This document shows, piece by piece, positions 1-10,422 of a DNA stretch of 52,045 nt (its first letter is position 1; each line of letters starts with the position of its first letter). Position numbers and translations under genes: made by a program. A model generated the notes under the pieces. That model saw only the letters and a list, made by a program, of their open reading frames with translations. It did not search any database and was not told where the DNA came from. The stretch lies in the NCBI GenBank assembly GCA_028864905.1, contig JAGWLP010000003.1, forward strand, positions 1 to 52,045, in the 5' to 3' direction. Source of the stretch: Gammaproteobacteria bacterium. GTDB lineage: Bacteria > Pseudomonadota > Gammaproteobacteria > Natronospirales > REEB76.

Positions 1-596
1 GACACGCGAAACGGCATTTTCATGAGCTTGTCCATGGCCAGCACCTTGAAGGCCCCGGAGCCGATGCCGAGCAGCGCCGAGAGGAACCCCGCGCCCACCA
101 TCACTCCGAAACCCGGGAGCACGCGGGTCACGTGATAATGCACCCATTCACCCTGCTGCTCGTATTTGCTGTTGAGCCGCAGTTTCAGCGCCAGCGGCGA
201 ACTCGCCGGCGCGCCAGTCTCGTCACTATGCGAGGGCTTGAAAGACATGACGCAGGCGAATAACAGCACCAGGCCAAACACGATGAACAACACCGGAGTC
301 GGCAACAGGTGCGCGGCATAAGCGCCCAGCAGGGCGCCGGATGAGGCCGCCATCTGCAGGAACAGGCCGGCGCGCACGTTGTTCATGCCGGTGCCGACGA
401 AGCGCGGTGCCGCCCCTGTCGAGGTAGCAATGACGCCCAGCAGGCTAACCCCCACGGCTTGCGGAATGGGCAGGTGGAAGCCGAGCGTCAACAACGGCAC
501 GATCACCATGCCGCCGCCCAATCCGGTAATCGAGCCGAGTGCGCCCGCCGCGATGCCGCCAAACAGGACGATGATCACCATCAGGGCCGCGGACAT
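1..596 (-). CDS. Sulfite exporter TauE/SafE family membrane protein (3' end beyond window)
   Basis: Not in the ORF track. Manual translation from ATG 596 gives MSAALMVIIVLFGGIAAGALGSITGLGGGMVIVPLLTLGFHLPIPQAVGVSL..., with the GxGGG motif, a second LGIGSG motif and several hydrophobic segments. Confidence 0.85.
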   Translation of the reverse strand, partial: MSAALMVIIVLFGGIAAGALGSITGLGGGMVIVPLLTLGFHLPIPQAVGVSLLGVIATSTGAAPRFVGTGMNNVRAGLFLQMAASSGALLGAYAAHLLPTPVLFIVFGLVLLFACVMSFKPSHSDETGAPASSPLALKLRLNSKYEQQGEWVHYHVTRVLPGFGVMVGAGFLSALLGIGSGAFKVLAMDKLMKMPFRV

Positions 597-663
597 GGCG
601 TGTGCGGATCAGGCCGGCGTGAAGAAGGCGGCGATTATAACGTGCGTGGGGAGCAGGCTCCGC

Positions 664-1245
664 TCAGCGGCGCGCGCCGTGGCGAAAGCAACCCGTAAGG
701 TGGTCGTCCACCAGGCCGGTGGCCTGCATGAATGCATAGCAGATGGTGCTGCCCACGAACTTGAACCCGCGTTGTTTGAGGTCCCGGCTCATGGCGTCGG
801 AGATCCGGGTGCGCGCCGGCACCTGACCGCGGCGCCGGCGGTTGCGCAGTGGCTTGCCGTTCACGAACCGCCAGATGTAATTATCAAAACTGCCGAATTG
901 CTTTTGTACCGCCAGAAATGCGCGCGCATTGGTGATGGCGGCATGGATCTTCAGGCGATTGCGCACGATGCCGGGATTCCTGAGCAGGCGCGCCACATCG
1001 CGCGCACCGAAACGCGCGACTTTTTTCGGATCAAATCCGGCGAAGGCTTTGCGGTAATTTGCGCGCTTGTGCAGAATCGTGGCCCAGCTCAAACCCGCCT
1101 GCGCGCCTTCCAGAATCAGGAACTCGAACCAGCGTTGCTCTTTGTGCACCGGCACGCCCCACTCGCTGTCGTGGTAGGCGCGGTACAGCGGATCGTTTGC
1201 CATTCCCGGCCAGAGACAGCGGCGGCGTTTGTCGGGGATCGGCAT
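664..1245 (-). CDS. tag: DNA-3-methyladenine glycosylase I
   Basis: Motifs YHDSEWG, LEGAQAGLSW, IVRNRLKI, GFKFVG and C-terminal DHLTGC. Start ATG 1245 overlaps the upstream stop (TGATG). Confidence 0.93.
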   Translation of the reverse strand: MPIPDKRRRCLWPGMANDPLYRAYHDSEWGVPVHKEQRWFEFLILEGAQAGLSWATILHKRANYRKAFAGFDPKKVARFGARDVARLLRNPGIVRNRLKIHAAITNARAFLAVQKQFGSFDNYIWRFVNGKPLRNRRRRGQVPARTRISDAMSRDLKQRGFKFVGSTICYAFMQATGLVDDHLTGCFRHGARR

Positions 1246-1730
1246 CAGGGGAAAGCCGGGGGCCGGTCGCCGGGCTGTGCGGTCTTGTACCAGCGCTCGA
1301 AGTCCGCTGCGTGCGCATGCCCTTCCGGCGGCGCCCAAGGGGCGAAATCCTGCTCCGGTGTCGGCACATTAGGTCCGGCCTTGCATTCAAAAACAACCGT
1401 GGATGGCGCCAGGGTCGCGACTGCATGCCAGGTGCCGGCGGGACTTTCCACGCCGTAAGTCTGTCCCCCGGCCGACAGCAGCGCGCGCGTCAATACCGTC
1501 CCCGCGTCATCAAACGTGAGCACCAGCATTTCCCCGCAGACGATCAGCAGCAGCTCCCACTTGTCGGGATGGCGGTGCGGCCGGATGTAGGTGCCCGGCT
1601 CCATCGCCATGCACATGCGATGAATGGGCTCGGCGTGCGTGGCATGCAGGTTGTAATGCGTGCGCAAACGCGGTGAGGCGAGCGCTTTGTCATGCAATTT
1701 CGCCACCAGGGCGCGGTCAATGAGCTTCAT
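1245..1730 (-). CDS. WbuC family cupin-fold metalloprotein
   Basis: SPRLRTHYNLH, PGTYIRPHRH, WH, FECKAGP and FAPWAPPEG motifs; start chosen at MKLID. Confidence 0.85.
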   Translation of the reverse strand: MKLIDRALVAKLHDKALASPRLRTHYNLHATHAEPIHRMCMAMEPGTYIRPHRHPDKWELLLIVCGEMLVLTFDDAGTVLTRALLSAGGQTYGVESPAGTWHAVATLAPSTVVFECKAGPNVPTPEQDFAPWAPPEGHAHAADFERWYKTAQPGDRPPAFP

Positions 1731-1739
1731 GTTGACCAA

Positions 1740-1755
1740 GGTTTCACGTGGAATT
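1740..1755. other. Degenerate parS-like site
   Basis: GGTTTCACGTGGAATT, 13/16 to TGTTTCACGTGGAACA; lies immediately after the mnmG stop. Confidence 0.5.
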
Positions 1756-3648
1756 TCAGGCGCTCTTGCGCAGTTTCAGGCCGCGCTTTTTGAGGTACAC
1801 CAACAGAATCGAAATCGCCGCCGGCGTGACGCCCGAGATGCGTGCGGCCTGGCCAAGCGTCTGCGGCCGGACCTGGCCGAGCTTCTGGCGCACTTCGTTC
1901 GACAATCCATGCACCGCGTTGAAATCAAAGTCTAGTGGCAGCGGCGTTTCTTCCTGGCGGTGGGCGCGCGCCACTTCTTCCTGCTGGCGCTCGATGTAGC
2001 CGGCGTAACGCACGGAAATCTCTACCTGCTCCACCACTTCCGGTGCGACATTCGCCGCGCCCACACACGCGAGCGAAGTTAATTTCTGATAACTCATTTC
2101 CGGCCGGCGCAGCAACTCGAGCGCGCGGGTCTCGCGTGCGAGCGGCCCACCGAACATCGCAGTGGCCTGCTCAGCGGAGATATCGCCGGGCCGCAGCACA
2201 ATGTCCTGCAGGCGCGCGGTTTCGCGCTCGATGGCCTCACGCTTTTCTGCGAATGTCGCCCAGCGCGCGTCGTCCACCAGCCCGAGTTTGCGGCCGATTT
2301 CAGTCAGCCGCAGGTCGGCGTTGTCCTCGCGCAGCATCAAACGGTGTTCGGCGCGGCTGGTGAACATGCGGTAAGGCTCGGGCGCACCGCGCGTGATGAG
2401 GTCATCCACCAGCACGCCGAGATAGGCCTGCTCACGCCCCGGCCACCAAGGTTCGCGTTGCTTCACCCGCAAGGCTGCATTGATGCCCGCCAGCAGGCCC
2501 TGCGCGGCGGCTTCCTCGTATCCGGTGGTACCGTTGATCTGGCCGGCAAAGAACAGGCCGTTTATGTATTTGGTCTCCAGCGTGTACTTGAGATCGCGCG
2601 GATCGAAGTAGTCGTATTCGATGGCGTAGCCGGGTCGCGTGAGGTGTGCGTGCTCGAAGCCCGCAATGGAGCGTACCAGCGCGTACTGCACGTCGAAGGG
2701 CAGGCTGGTGGAAATGCCGTTGGGATAGACCTCGTGGGTGTCGAGGCCTTCCGGCTCGATGAAAATCTGGTGGCGCTCCTTGTCGGCGAAGCGCATCACC
2801 TTGTCTTCCACCGACGGGCAATAGCGCGGTCCCACACCTTCGATGACGCCGGTGTACATGGGCGAGCGATCCAGACCCGCACGGATGATCTCGTGGGTGT
2901 GGGCGTTGGTGTGGGTGATGTGGCAGACCACTTGGCGCGGATGCTCGGCACGCGTGCCCATGAAAGAAAACACCGGTGTCGGCTCATCGCCCGCCTGCAC
3001 GGCCAAACCTGCATAGTTGATGCTGCGGCCGTCAATGCGCGGCGGCGTGCCAGTCTTCAAGCGTCCGACCCGGAACGGCAATTCGCGCAGGCGCTTGGCG
3101 AGACGGTTCGCGGGCGGATCGCCGGCGCGGCCGCCCTCGTAGTTGGAAAGTCCGACGTGGATGCGGCCGCCCAAAAACGTGCCGACGGTCAGCACCACGG
3201 TGGGCGCGAAAAAGCGCAGGCCCATCTGCGTGACCACGCCCGCGACGCGTTCGCACTCCACGATCAGGTCGTCGCAGGCCTGCTGGAACAGCACGAGATT
3301 CGGTTGATTCTCGATGAGGCTGCGGATGGCCTGCTTGTACAGCACGCGGTCCGCCTGTGCGCGCGTAGCGCGCACTGCCGGGCCTTTGCTCGCGTTCAGA
3401 ATCCGGAACTGGATGCCGGCCTTGTCGGTAGCACGCGCCATGGCGCCGCCGAGCGCGTCAATTTCCTTGGCGAGATGCCCCTTGCCGATGCCGCCGATGG
3501 CCGGATTGCAGCTCATCTGGCCGAGCGTCTCGACATTGTGGGTGAGCAGCAGCGTGGCGCAACCCATGCGCGCCGCGGCGAGCGCGGCCTCGGTGCCGGC
3601 ATGGCCGCCCCCCACCACGATCACGCCGAATTGCCTGGGAAAATCCAT
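1756..3648 (-). CDS. mnmG: tRNA uridine-5-carboxymethylaminomethyl(34) synthesis enzyme MnmG (GidA)
   Basis: [26 protein letters not shown] and [17 protein letters not shown] motifs; 630 aa. Confidence 0.98.
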   Translation of the reverse strand: MDFPRQFGVIVVGGGHAGTEAALAAARMGCATLLLTHNVETLGQMSCNPAIGGIGKGHLAKEIDALGGAMARATDKAGIQFRILNASKGPAVRATRAQADRVLYKQAIRSLIENQPNLVLFQQACDDLIVECERVAGVVTQMGLRFFAPTVVLTVGTFLGGRIHVGLSNYEGGRAGDPPANRLAKRLRELPFRVGRLKTGTPPRIDGRSINYAGLAVQAGDEPTPVFSFMGTRAEHPRQVVCHITHTNAHTHEIIRAGLDRSPMYTGVIEGVGPRYCPSVEDKVMRFADKERHQIFIEPEGLDTHEVYPNGISTSLPFDVQYALVRSIAGFEHAHLTRPGYAIEYDYFDPRDLKYTLETKYINGLFFAGQINGTTGYEEAAAQGLLAGINAALRVKQREPWWPGREQAYLGVLVDDLITRGAPEPYRMFTSRAEHRLMLREDNADLRLTEIGRKLGLVDDARWATFAEKREAIERETARLQDIVLRPGDISAEQATAMFGGPLARETRALELLRRPEMSYQKLTSLACVGAANVAPEVVEQVEISVRYAGYIERQQEEVARAHRQEETPLPLDFDFNAVHGLSNEVRQKLGQVRPQTLGQAARISGVTPAAISILLVYLKKRGLKLRKSA

Positions 3649-3802
3649 CGGCCAGCCTCATAAATGAGCGCGAATTCTAGCGTTTTCATGCGCGCTAACC
3701 AAACCCGCAACATCGGCCGATTACGGCATCCGCAGAACCGCCCCTGGAAATATTTCTCCCATTTGCAGAAGATGCCGGCTGGAATCGCGGGCCAAAACCA
3801 TA

Positions 3803-5284
3803 ATGAACGAGCTGCAGTCTATGCGCGTGCTGGCTTTGCTGCTCATGGTCATGACCACTCCGGCCTGGAGCAGCCCGGCGCCGGCCGCACCCCTTCCGAG
3901 CTTCACGCCCTGCCAGATCGGCATGCCGGACTCGGCGCTGCACATGCAGGCGCAATGCACCACGCTCACGGTACCGGAAGACCGGGCCCAGCCCGCCGGC
4001 AAAAAAATCCACCTGCACATCGCCGTGCTCAAGGCGCGCACCGGCGAACCCGCGCCGGATCCGCTGTTCTTCATTGCCGGCGGACCGGGCGAGGCCTCGA
4101 CTCAGGCCTACGTGCAGGAAGCTGCGGCCTTCGATCGCATCCGCACGAGCCGCGCCATCGTGCTCGTGGATCAGCGCGGCACGGGTCAGTCCAATGCGCT
4201 CGACTGCCCGTCCGGCCCGAATACCGCGGCGATACCCACGCCGGCTGAAGTTCAGCAGCAGACCGAAACCTGTCTCAAGCAATTGCCGGGCAATCCGCGC
4301 TTCTATACGACCACCGTCGCGGTAAAGGATCTGGACGCGGTGCGGGCCGCACTGGGCTACGCGGAGATCAATCTCTACGGCATTTCCTACGGTACGCGCG
4401 TGGCGCTGGAATATCTGCGGGAATATCCGCAGCACGTGCGCAGCGTGATCCTGGACGGCGTGGTGCCGCCGGACTGGAACGTCGGGGAAACTGCGCCGCA
4501 GGCTGCGCAGCAGACCCTGGATAAAATCTTTCAGCGTTGCGCGGCCGAGAGCGCCTGCCATCAGGCGTTTCCCGACCTGCCCGCAACTTTTGCGCGCCTT
4601 GAACACACGCTCAAGCAAAGTCCGGTGAGCGTGAGTCTGCGCGACCCGTTGACCGGTGCGCCGCTCACCCAGACGCTGAACTGGGAAACTGCGGCCGGTG
4701 CCGTGCAGTTGCTGAGCTATCTGAGCGACACTGCGGCGCTCTTGCCGCTGCTGATTCATCAAGCCGGTGTCGCCCACGATTACGCGCCGCTGCTCGCCAA
4801 CGCCCAATATCTGAGCGGACAGCTGAGCGGCGCCGTGGCCGTGGGCATGCACGCCGCGGTGCTGTGCACCGAAGACGTTCCGTTCTATCCCGCAGGCGAT
4901 GCCGCACAGAAGGCGGCGGCCGACACCTATCTCGGCGCCGCGCCACTCACCCTGCTGAGTGAAAGCTGTGCGCGCTGGCCGCGTGGGGTGATGGAGCCGG
5001 ACTTCAAAAAGCCGGTGGTATCGGACAAGCCGGTGCTGCTGCTTTCCGGCGCCGACGATCCCATCACTCCGTCCACGAACGCCGCCCACGTGGCCCAGAC
5101 CCTGTCGAACAGCCTGTCGCTGGTGGTTCCAGGCCAGGGACACGGTAATGCCTGGCGCGGCTGCGTACCGCAGCTCATGGCGGATTTCGTGCAGCAGGCG
5201 TCGGTGAAAATTCTGGACGCCGCCTGCGTTCAAAAGATCAGACCCTTTCCGTTTTTCACCCGCTTCACCGGGCCCGGGCCATGA
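3803..5284 (+). CDS. Secreted alpha/beta hydrolase, TAP-like (tripeptidyl aminopeptidase-like)
   Basis: Signal peptide, GGPG oxyanion motif, DQRGTG, nucleophile GISYG, Asp in GADDPITP, His in GQGHG. Start may instead be ATG 3821. Confidence 0.85.
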   Translation: MNELQSMRVLALLLMVMTTPAWSSPAPAAPLPSFTPCQIGMPDSALHMQAQCTTLTVPEDRAQPAGKKIHLHIAVLKARTGEPAPDPLFFIAGGPGEASTQAYVQEAAAFDRIRTSRAIVLVDQRGTGQSNALDCPSGPNTAAIPTPAEVQQQTETCLKQLPGNPRFYTTTVAVKDLDAVRAALGYAEINLYGISYGTRVALEYLREYPQHVRSVILDGVVPPDWNVGETAPQAAQQTLDKIFQRCAAESACHQAFPDLPATFARLEHTLKQSPVSVSLRDPLTGAPLTQTLNWETAAGAVQLLSYLSDTAALLPLLIHQAGVAHDYAPLLANAQYLSGQLSGAVAVGMHAAVLCTEDVPFYPAGDAAQKAAADTYLGAAPLTLLSESCARWPRGVMEPDFKKPVVSDKPVLLLSGADDPITPSTNAAHVAQTLSNSLSLVVPGQGHGNAWRGCVPQLMADFVQQASVKILDAACVQKIRPFPFFTRFTGPGP

Positions 5285-6012
5285 TTGAAGTCGAGAACAT
5301 CCACAAGCGTTTCGGTGCGGTGCAGGCCGTGAACGGCGTGAGCTTCCGCGTGGCCGATGGCCGCATTACCGGCCTGCTCGGCCCGAACGGCGCCGGCAAG
5401 TCCACCACGCTGCGCATTCTCTCCACCGTGCTCAGGCCGGACCAGGGTACGGTGCGCGTGGACGGCAGCGACGTGCGCGACGCGCCACTGGCCGCACGCC
5501 TCAAGCTCGGCGTGCTGCCGCATGCCAGCGGCCTGTATCCGCGGCTCACGGCACGCGAGAACATCCGCTATTACGGCGAACTCAACGGCCTCGCCGGCCG
5601 CATGCTGGACGCGCGCATTGACGAGCTGGTGGAACTGCTCGAAATGCGGGAGTTCGCCGAGCGTGCGGCCAAAGGCTTTTCCCAGGGGCAGCGCATCAAG
5701 GTGGCGCTGGCGCGCGCCCTGGTGCACAAACCCCGGAACCTGGCGCTGGATGAGCCCACCAACGGCCTGGACGTGATGGCCACGCGCGCGCTGCGCGCCA
5801 CCATCCGGCGGCTGCGCGACCAGGGCCACTGTGTGCTGTTCTCGAGCCACGTGATGCAGGAAGTCGCGCAATTGTGCGATGCCATCGTGATCATCGCGCA
5901 CGGCCGCATCGTCGCCCAGGGCACGCCCGAGGACATCCGCCGCCAGACCGGCGAAACGGATCTCGAAGAAGCCTTTGTCAAAGCCGTGGGTAAAAGCGGG
6001 GCGTCCGCATGA
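5281..6012 (+). CDS. ABC transporter ATP-binding protein (NatA-like)
   Basis: Walker A GPNGAGKST, FSQGQ signature, LDEPTNGLD, SSH; ATGA overlap with the hydrolase. Confidence 0.93.
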   Translation: MIEVENIHKRFGAVQAVNGVSFRVADGRITGLLGPNGAGKSTTLRILSTVLRPDQGTVRVDGSDVRDAPLAARLKLGVLPHASGLYPRLTARENIRYYGELNGLAGRMLDARIDELVELLEMREFAERAAKGFSQGQRIKVALARALVHKPRNLALDEPTNGLDVMATRALRATIRRLRDQGHCVLFSSHVMQEVAQLCDAIVIIAHGRIVAQGTPEDIRRQTGETDLEEAFVKAVGKSGASA

Positions 6013-7181
6013 TGCGCAAACTCTGGACCGTGTTCCGCAAGGAAGTTGTGGACAATCTGCGCGACCGGCGCACGCTGCTGACGGTACTGGTGTTCGGGCC
6101 GCTGTTCGGGCCGGTCTTCTACGTGGCCATCATGAACGTGGCCGTGAACCAGCAGATCGCCAACCTCAATCAGCCGCTCAAGTTGCCGGTGGCCGGTGCC
6201 GAACGTGCCCCGCATCTGATCGAGTACCTCGAGCAGCACAATACCGAGATCGAACCCGCTCCGGGTGATCCTCGCCAGGCGGTAAAGGACGGTCAGGCGG
6301 ACGTGGTGTTGGTGATTCCCAAGGATTACGGCGCCGAATTCACCGCGGGCCAGCCGGCGACGCTGCAACTGGTGATGGATCAGGCGAAACAGTCGGCGCA
6401 GAAAAATGTCAGCCGCGCACGCGAATTGCTCCAGGCCTACGGCCGTGAAATCAGCGTCTTGCGCCTGCTGGCACGCGGCGTGGATCCGCGCGCCACCACG
6501 CCGCTCGCGGTCGAGACCGTGGATGTGTCTACGCCGCAAGCACGCGCCGGTATGCTGTTGGCCTTCATCCCCTACTTCTTCCTGTTTGCCGCCGTCATCG
6601 GCGCCTTCTATCTGGCGATTGACGCCACCGCCGGCGAACGCGAACGCGGCTCGCTCGAGCCCCTGCTTACCACTGCGGTGCCGCGTTCCGCGCTGATCGC
6701 AGGCAAGCTCGCCGCGGTCACGTTGTTCTCCGCGGTGTCGCTGGGCCTGGACGTCGTGGCCCTGTCCTGGAGTCAGGGGCTGATTCCCGCCGCCAAACTC
6801 AATATCGTGGTGAACTTCGGCGGACACACGGCGCTGGCCATCTTCTTCGTGATGCTGCCGTTCTGCCTGCTGATCGCGGCCCTGCTCACGGTGGTGGCAT
6901 CGTTCACCCGCAGTTACAAGGAGGCCCAGACCTGGTTGTCGTTCATCTTCATCCTGCCGATGATTCCGGTATTCGCACTGTTCCTGTTCCCGACCGAGCC
7001 GACCATGTGGATGATGTTCATTCCGGCGCTGAGCCAGGACGTGCTGGCGACGGCGCTCATGAAAGGTGCCGCTCTCGGCGCCGGTTTCACTGTGGTCTCG
7101 GTACTGAGCACGCTGATCCTCGGTCTGCTGCTCGCCTGGTTCGCGGTCTGGCTGTACCGGCGCGAGAAGGTGCTGGGTTGA
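6009..7181 (+). CDS. ABC transporter permease (NatB-like)
   Basis: KEVVDNLRDRRTL start, GERERGSLEPLL motif, one N-terminal and several C-terminal TM segments. Confidence 0.9.
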   Translation: MMRKLWTVFRKEVVDNLRDRRTLLTVLVFGPLFGPVFYVAIMNVAVNQQIANLNQPLKLPVAGAERAPHLIEYLEQHNTEIEPAPGDPRQAVKDGQADVVLVIPKDYGAEFTAGQPATLQLVMDQAKQSAQKNVSRARELLQAYGREISVLRLLARGVDPRATTPLAVETVDVSTPQARAGMLLAFIPYFFLFAAVIGAFYLAIDATAGERERGSLEPLLTTAVPRSALIAGKLAAVTLFSAVSLGLDVVALSWSQGLIPAAKLNIVVNFGGHTALAIFFVMLPFCLLIAALLTVVASFTRSYKEAQTWLSFIFILPMIPVFALFLFPTEPTMWMMFIPALSQDVLATALMKGAALGAGFTVVSVLSTLILGLLLAWFAVWLYRREKVLG

Positions 7182-7245
7182 GGCCGGATTAACTGTTTTT
7201 CATGCAACCCAGCTCCTGCGGCGCAGGTCTATACTGAATCTGGAC

Positions 7246-7764
7246 ATGAGGATCAAGATCATGGGCAAGTTGAGCGCCAGCGTGTGGATTGCCGCAGCGA
7301 CCATGTTGTTCGCCGGTGCCGCCGCGGCCGGCAACGTGCGCATCTACAAATGGGTGGACAGCCAGGGCGTGGTGCACTACAGCGATACGGCTCCGCCCGC
7401 GACGCAGCCCGTCGTGACGAGCATGACGCTCGCCGAGTTCCCGCCGCCGGACCCGCAGGCCGAAGCGGCCGACCAGGCCTGGATTGCCAGCATCCATCAG
7501 TGGTACCAGAGCATTCTCGACCAGCAGGCACAACAGCAGTACCGGGATTATCTCGCCTGGGAGCAAAGCCAACCGGCTCCGGCGTCGGCGCTGGACACGC
7601 AAGAGCCTGCCTATTTCGTACCGGTCTGCTGGCAATGCGAGCGCTTCCATTTCCGACATCATCACCGACGGCCGCTGCTCGGCATGCCCACGCCGCAGTC
7701 GTTCCACAACTCGTTGTGGCATCCCCAGACCGGTCCGTTGCGCCCGCAACCATTCAGGCCCTGA
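7246..7764 (+). CDS. DUF4124 domain-containing secreted protein
   Basis: Signal peptide then IYKWVDSQGVVHYSDTAPP; start may be 7261. Confidence 0.8.
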   Translation: MRIKIMGKLSASVWIAAATMLFAGAAAAGNVRIYKWVDSQGVVHYSDTAPPATQPVVTSMTLAEFPPPDPQAEAADQAWIASIHQWYQSILDQQAQQQYRDYLAWEQSQPAPASALDTQEPAYFVPVCWQCERFHFRHHHRRPLLGMPTPQSFHNSLWHPQTGPLRPQPFRP

Positions 7765-7773
7765 GCGGCGCGC

Positions 7774-9135
7774 TTATTTTCCGATACAAAAACTTGAAAA
7801 AATCTGGCTGAGTAAATCCTCACTGGTGAACTCGCCGGTGATTTCGCCGAGCGCTTGCTGAGCCAGGCGCAGTTCTTCCGCCAGCAGTTCGCCGGCGCGT
7901 TCGTCCAGGCGCTGCCTGGCCAGCTGCAGGTGACCGTGTGCGCGTCCGAGGGCATCCAGATGGCGGCGGCGTGCGATAAAACCGTCTTCACCGCGCGACT
8001 CAAATCCCACAGTCTGCATGAGATGCTCACGCAGCAAGTCCAGTCCTGCGCCGGTCCTGGCTGACAGCGCAAGCTGTGCCGGCCGCCCCTGGTCGGTGCA
8101 CTGCGGCGGCCGGCCGCTGAGATCAATCTTGTTGTGGATCACGGTCACCGGCAGTTTCGCGGGCAGGCGTTCCAGAATCTGCCGGTCCTCGGCAGTCAAG
8201 CCCTGCGTATCGTCCACCACCAGCAGCACGCGGTCGGCGGAGGCGATTGCCTCCCAGGCACGGCGCACGCCTTCCTGCTCCACCACATCGCCGCTCGCAC
8301 GCAGGCCCGCGGTGTCGATCACGTGCAGCGGCAAGCCGTCCAAGTGAATATGCTCGCGCAGCAGATCGCGGGTGGTACCGGGAATTTCCGTGACGATGGC
8401 AGCCGCGTGGCCGGCCAGACGATTCAACAGACTGGATTTGCCGGCGTTCGGCCGGCCGGCGATGACCACCGTCAAGCCTTCGCGCAGCAGGCTGCCCTGA
8501 TTGGCGGCGCCTAGCAGCGCGTCCAGATGCTTGCAGATGTCGCGCAAATGTTCCGCGGCTTTGCCGTCGCTCAGAAAATCCAGTTCCTCGTCGGGGAAAT
8601 CCAGCGCCGCTTCTACGTAGCTGCGCAACTCGATGAGTGCCTCCACCAGTGCATGCACGCGTGCGGAAAATTCGCCGCGCAGGGAGCGCAGCGCGGCGCG
8701 CGCCGCCTGCTCGCTGCCGCTGTCGATGAGGTCGGCAATCGCCTCGGCCTGCACCAGATCCAGCTTGTCGTTCAGAAAGGCACGCTGGGAAAATTCGCCG
8801 GGGCGCGCAAGGCGCGCACCCAGCTCGCAGACGCGCTTGAGCAGCAGCGCCAGCACCACTGGCCCGCCGTGTGCGTGCAATTCCAGCACGTCCTCGCCGG
8901 TGAACGAATGCGGTGCCGGGAAGAACAACGCGAGGCCGGCGTCCAGTTCTGCACCGTGACTGTCGGCAAAGTGTTTGAATTCCGCACGCCGCGGCGCAGG
9001 CACGCTGCCAAAGAGCGTCGTGGCAATCGCACGCACTGCCGGACCGGATGCGCGCACGATGCCGACGCCACCGCGGCCCGGTGGCGTGGCGATGGCGACG
9101 ATGGTATCGGTCGCGGGTGGCACGCTGTCTTTCAT
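7774..9135 (-). CDS. mnmE: tRNA modification GTPase MnmE (TrmE)
   Basis: [36 protein letters not shown] and C-terminal FCIGK. Confidence 0.98.
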   Translation of the reverse strand: MKDSVPPATDTIVAIATPPGRGGVGIVRASGPAVRAIATTLFGSVPAPRRAEFKHFADSHGAELDAGLALFFPAPHSFTGEDVLELHAHGGPVVLALLLKRVCELGARLARPGEFSQRAFLNDKLDLVQAEAIADLIDSGSEQAARAALRSLRGEFSARVHALVEALIELRSYVEAALDFPDEELDFLSDGKAAEHLRDICKHLDALLGAANQGSLLREGLTVVIAGRPNAGKSSLLNRLAGHAAAIVTEIPGTTRDLLREHIHLDGLPLHVIDTAGLRASGDVVEQEGVRRAWEAIASADRVLLVVDDTQGLTAEDRQILERLPAKLPVTVIHNKIDLSGRPPQCTDQGRPAQLALSARTGAGLDLLREHLMQTVGFESRGEDGFIARRRHLDALGRAHGHLQLARQRLDERAGELLAEELRLAQQALGEITGEFTSEDLLSQIFSSFCIGK

Positions 9136-9192
9136 GGGAGAATCAGTTTAATTCCGCGCGCTCCGGCGGCTGCGTCGCAAAAGGAGAAAATC

Positions 9193-10413
9193 ATGTCGGT
9201 TCAAACCGTTGCCTTCCCCAACGCCGCCGGTCAGATGCTGGCCGGCCGCCTGGAACTGCCCGCGTACGGTGCGCCGCGCGCCTGGGCGCTCTACGCCCAC
9301 TGCTTCACCTGTGGCAAGGATGTGCGCGCCGCGGTCGACATCTGCCGGGCGCTGTGCACCCGGGGCATCGCGGTGCTGCGCTTCGACTTCACCGGTCTCG
9401 GTGAGAGTGCCGGCGAGTTCGCCGATACCACGCTCAGCAGCAACATCGCCGATCTGGTGCAGGCGGCGAAATTCCTGGAACAGAATTATCAGGCGCCCAA
9501 GATCCTGGTTGGCCATTCGCTCGGCGGCATTGCGGTGCTGGAAGCCGCGCACCGGATTCCCAGCTGCATCGCCGTAGCTACGGTGGCCGCACCGGCCAAT
9601 CCCGAGCACGTAGCCAATCTGCTGGGTGCGGCGCGCCAGGTCATCGAACAGCAGGGCGAGGCCGACGTGCTACTCGCGGGTCGCAAACTGCACTTCAAGA
9701 AGGCGTTTCTCGACGACCTCAAGAACCAGCATTGGCAGGAGAACATTCGCAAGCTGCGTAAGCCGCTGCTGATTTTCCACTCGCCCACCGACGTGATCGT
9801 GGACATCAGCAACGCCGGCCTGATATTCGCCGCGGCGCTGCATCCCAAGAGCTTCGTGTCGCTGTCCGGCGCCGATCACCTGCTGTCGCGGCGCGAGGAT
9901 TCGGAATACGTGGGCCTGCTGCTCGCCGCCTGGGCCAGCAAGTATCTGGGCGAACTCGACCTGCAGCCGGCCGTAAGTCCGGCCGCCGAGGGCGAAGTGG
10001 TCGCCAGCATCCAGCGCGACCGGTACCACACCGAACTGTACGCCGGTGTGCACGCGCTGGTGGCTGACGAACCGCGCGAGGTGGGCGGCACGGACAGCGG
10101 GCCTTCGCCCTATGGCTACCTCTGCGCCGCGCTCGGTGCCTGCACCGCCATCACCTTGCGCATGTACGCGGATCGCAAGCAGTGGCCGCTGGAGGGCGTA
10201 CGTGTGCGCCTCACGCATTCCAAGATACATGCGCAGGACTGCGCCGAATGCGAGACCAAACAGGGCAAGATTGACCGCTTCACGCGCAGCATCGAATTGC
10301 AGGGCGCCCTGAGCGCGGAGCAGCGTCAGCGTCTGGTGGAAATCGCGGACAAATGCCCCGTGCACCGGACGCTGGAATCGGAAGTACGCATTGAAACCCG
10401 CCTGCAAGCGTGA
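9193..10413 (+). CDS. Bifunctional alpha/beta hydrolase / OsmC family protein
   Basis: ATG 9193 follows SD AAGGAG; HCFTC, RFDFTG, GHSLG and ADHLL hydrolase motifs, then OsmC motifs LGACT and CPVH. The longer 8527 ORF start overlaps mnmE. Confidence 0.92.
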   Translation: MSVQTVAFPNAAGQMLAGRLELPAYGAPRAWALYAHCFTCGKDVRAAVDICRALCTRGIAVLRFDFTGLGESAGEFADTTLSSNIADLVQAAKFLEQNYQAPKILVGHSLGGIAVLEAAHRIPSCIAVATVAAPANPEHVANLLGAARQVIEQQGEADVLLAGRKLHFKKAFLDDLKNQHWQENIRKLRKPLLIFHSPTDVIVDISNAGLIFAAALHPKSFVSLSGADHLLSRREDSEYVGLLLAAWASKYLGELDLQPAVSPAAEGEVVASIQRDRYHTELYAGVHALVADEPREVGGTDSGPSPYGYLCAALGACTAITLRMYADRKQWPLEGVRVRLTHSKIHAQDCAECETKQGKIDRFTRSIELQGALSAEQRQRLVEIADKCPVHRTLESEVRIETRLQA

Positions 10414-10422
10414 AAACGCGGG

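Noticed and set aside
3695-5233. 512-aa minus-strand ORF and similar long shadow ORFs (379-1458, 2344-3663, 5571-6827, 34425-35615, 35691-36896, 36694-38010, 43638-45254, 46535-47758)
   Set aside because: They are antisense to well-supported genes and show no recognisable motifs; this is expected from GC-rich codon bias.
8527-9192. 222-aa N-terminal extension of the hydrolase-OsmC ORF
   Set aside because: Overlaps mnmE on the opposite strand; a strong SD precedes ATG 9193.
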